Positions 63,344-64,000 of a stretch of 64,000 nt of DNA are shown in pieces. Both the position numbers and the translations under genes were made by a program. Position 1 is the first letter of the stretch. Each line of letters opens with the position of its first letter. This stretch comes from Lama glama (Eukaryota). The notes under the pieces were generated by a model, which saw only the letters and a list, made by a program, of their open reading frames with translations, was not told where the DNA came from and ran no database searches. The DNA lies in contig CM052817.1 in NCBI GenBank assembly GCA_028534125.1, positions 51,834,001 to 51,898,000 on the forward strand, given 5' to 3'.

Positions 63344-64000
63344 TCATATACCATGATCAAGTGGGAGTTACTTCAGGGATGCAAGGGTGGCTCACACCTG
63401 CAAGTCAGCGTGATAGATCACATTAACAACCTGAAGAGTAAAAATCCCACGATAATCTCAATAGAGGCAGAACAAATTTTTGACAAAATTCAACACCAAT
63501 TTATGATAAAAACTCTCAACAAAGTGCATACAGAGGGGAGTACCTCAACGTAACAAAGACCATGTATGACAAGCCCACAGCTAACATGATACTCAATGGT
63601 GAAAAACTGAAAGCATTTCCTCTAAGAAGAGGAACAAGACAAGGATGCCCATGCTGACACCTTTTATACAACACAGTATTGGAAATCATAGCCAAAGCAA
63701 TTCAGGCAAGAAAAGTAAAAAATAATCATGAAAAATGGAAAAGAAGGAGTAAAACTGTTACTATTTGCAGATGACATGATACTGTATATAGAAAACCCTA
63801 AAAAAAAATCCACCAAAAAAAATCTGTCAGAACTAGTATCAGTAAAGTTTCAGGATACAAAATGAATATACAGAAATTTATTGTGTTTCTATGCATTAAT
63901 AAATAACTATTAGAAAGATAAATTAAGAAAACAATTCCACTTACAGTTGAACTAAAAAAGAATAAAATAACTAGGAATGAATTTAACCAGGGAAGTGAAA
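63344..64000 (+). mobile_element. L1 ORF2 reverse-transcriptase region, disabled, runs off the window end
   Basis: [81 protein letters not shown], with frameshifts. Confidence 0.97.

Noticed and set aside
1..64000. CRISPR arrays, operons, rRNA or other prokaryote-type systems
   Set aside because: The sequence is mammalian nuclear DNA with no repeat-spacer periodicity or long intact ORFs.

Overview
AT-rich, CpG-depleted mammalian non-coding DNA (intergenic or deep intronic) with no CpG island and no intact protein-coding exon I can support. Four tRNA-Ala(AGC)-derived SINEs, one with the AATAAAT-AAACCCAATTACC-poly(C)-poly(A) tail, suggest a camelid genome (inference). Much of the window is layered transposable elements: ancient L2, MIR, L1M, MaLR (MLT1), ERVL LTRs, Tigger and Charlie DNA elements, plus younger L1 3' ends and SINEs. 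Subfamily names come from recalled consensus sequences, not a search, and boundaries of old elements are approximate. The one gene-derived feature is an old, disabled processed pseudogene of EFL1 (EFTUD1) at about 52.1-53.9 kb on the + strand. Its structure is unusual: an L1-derived insert and an unassigned insert bracket a block matching one parental exon, and about 570 codons are missing. It may be a fossil of a non-canonically spliced EFL1 mRNA. Other items of note are a tailless L1 RT fragment inside a target-site duplication, a telomere-like tract within a probable ancient repeat, and a 9-nt microexon-like motif. I found no evidence of a new multi-gene system.
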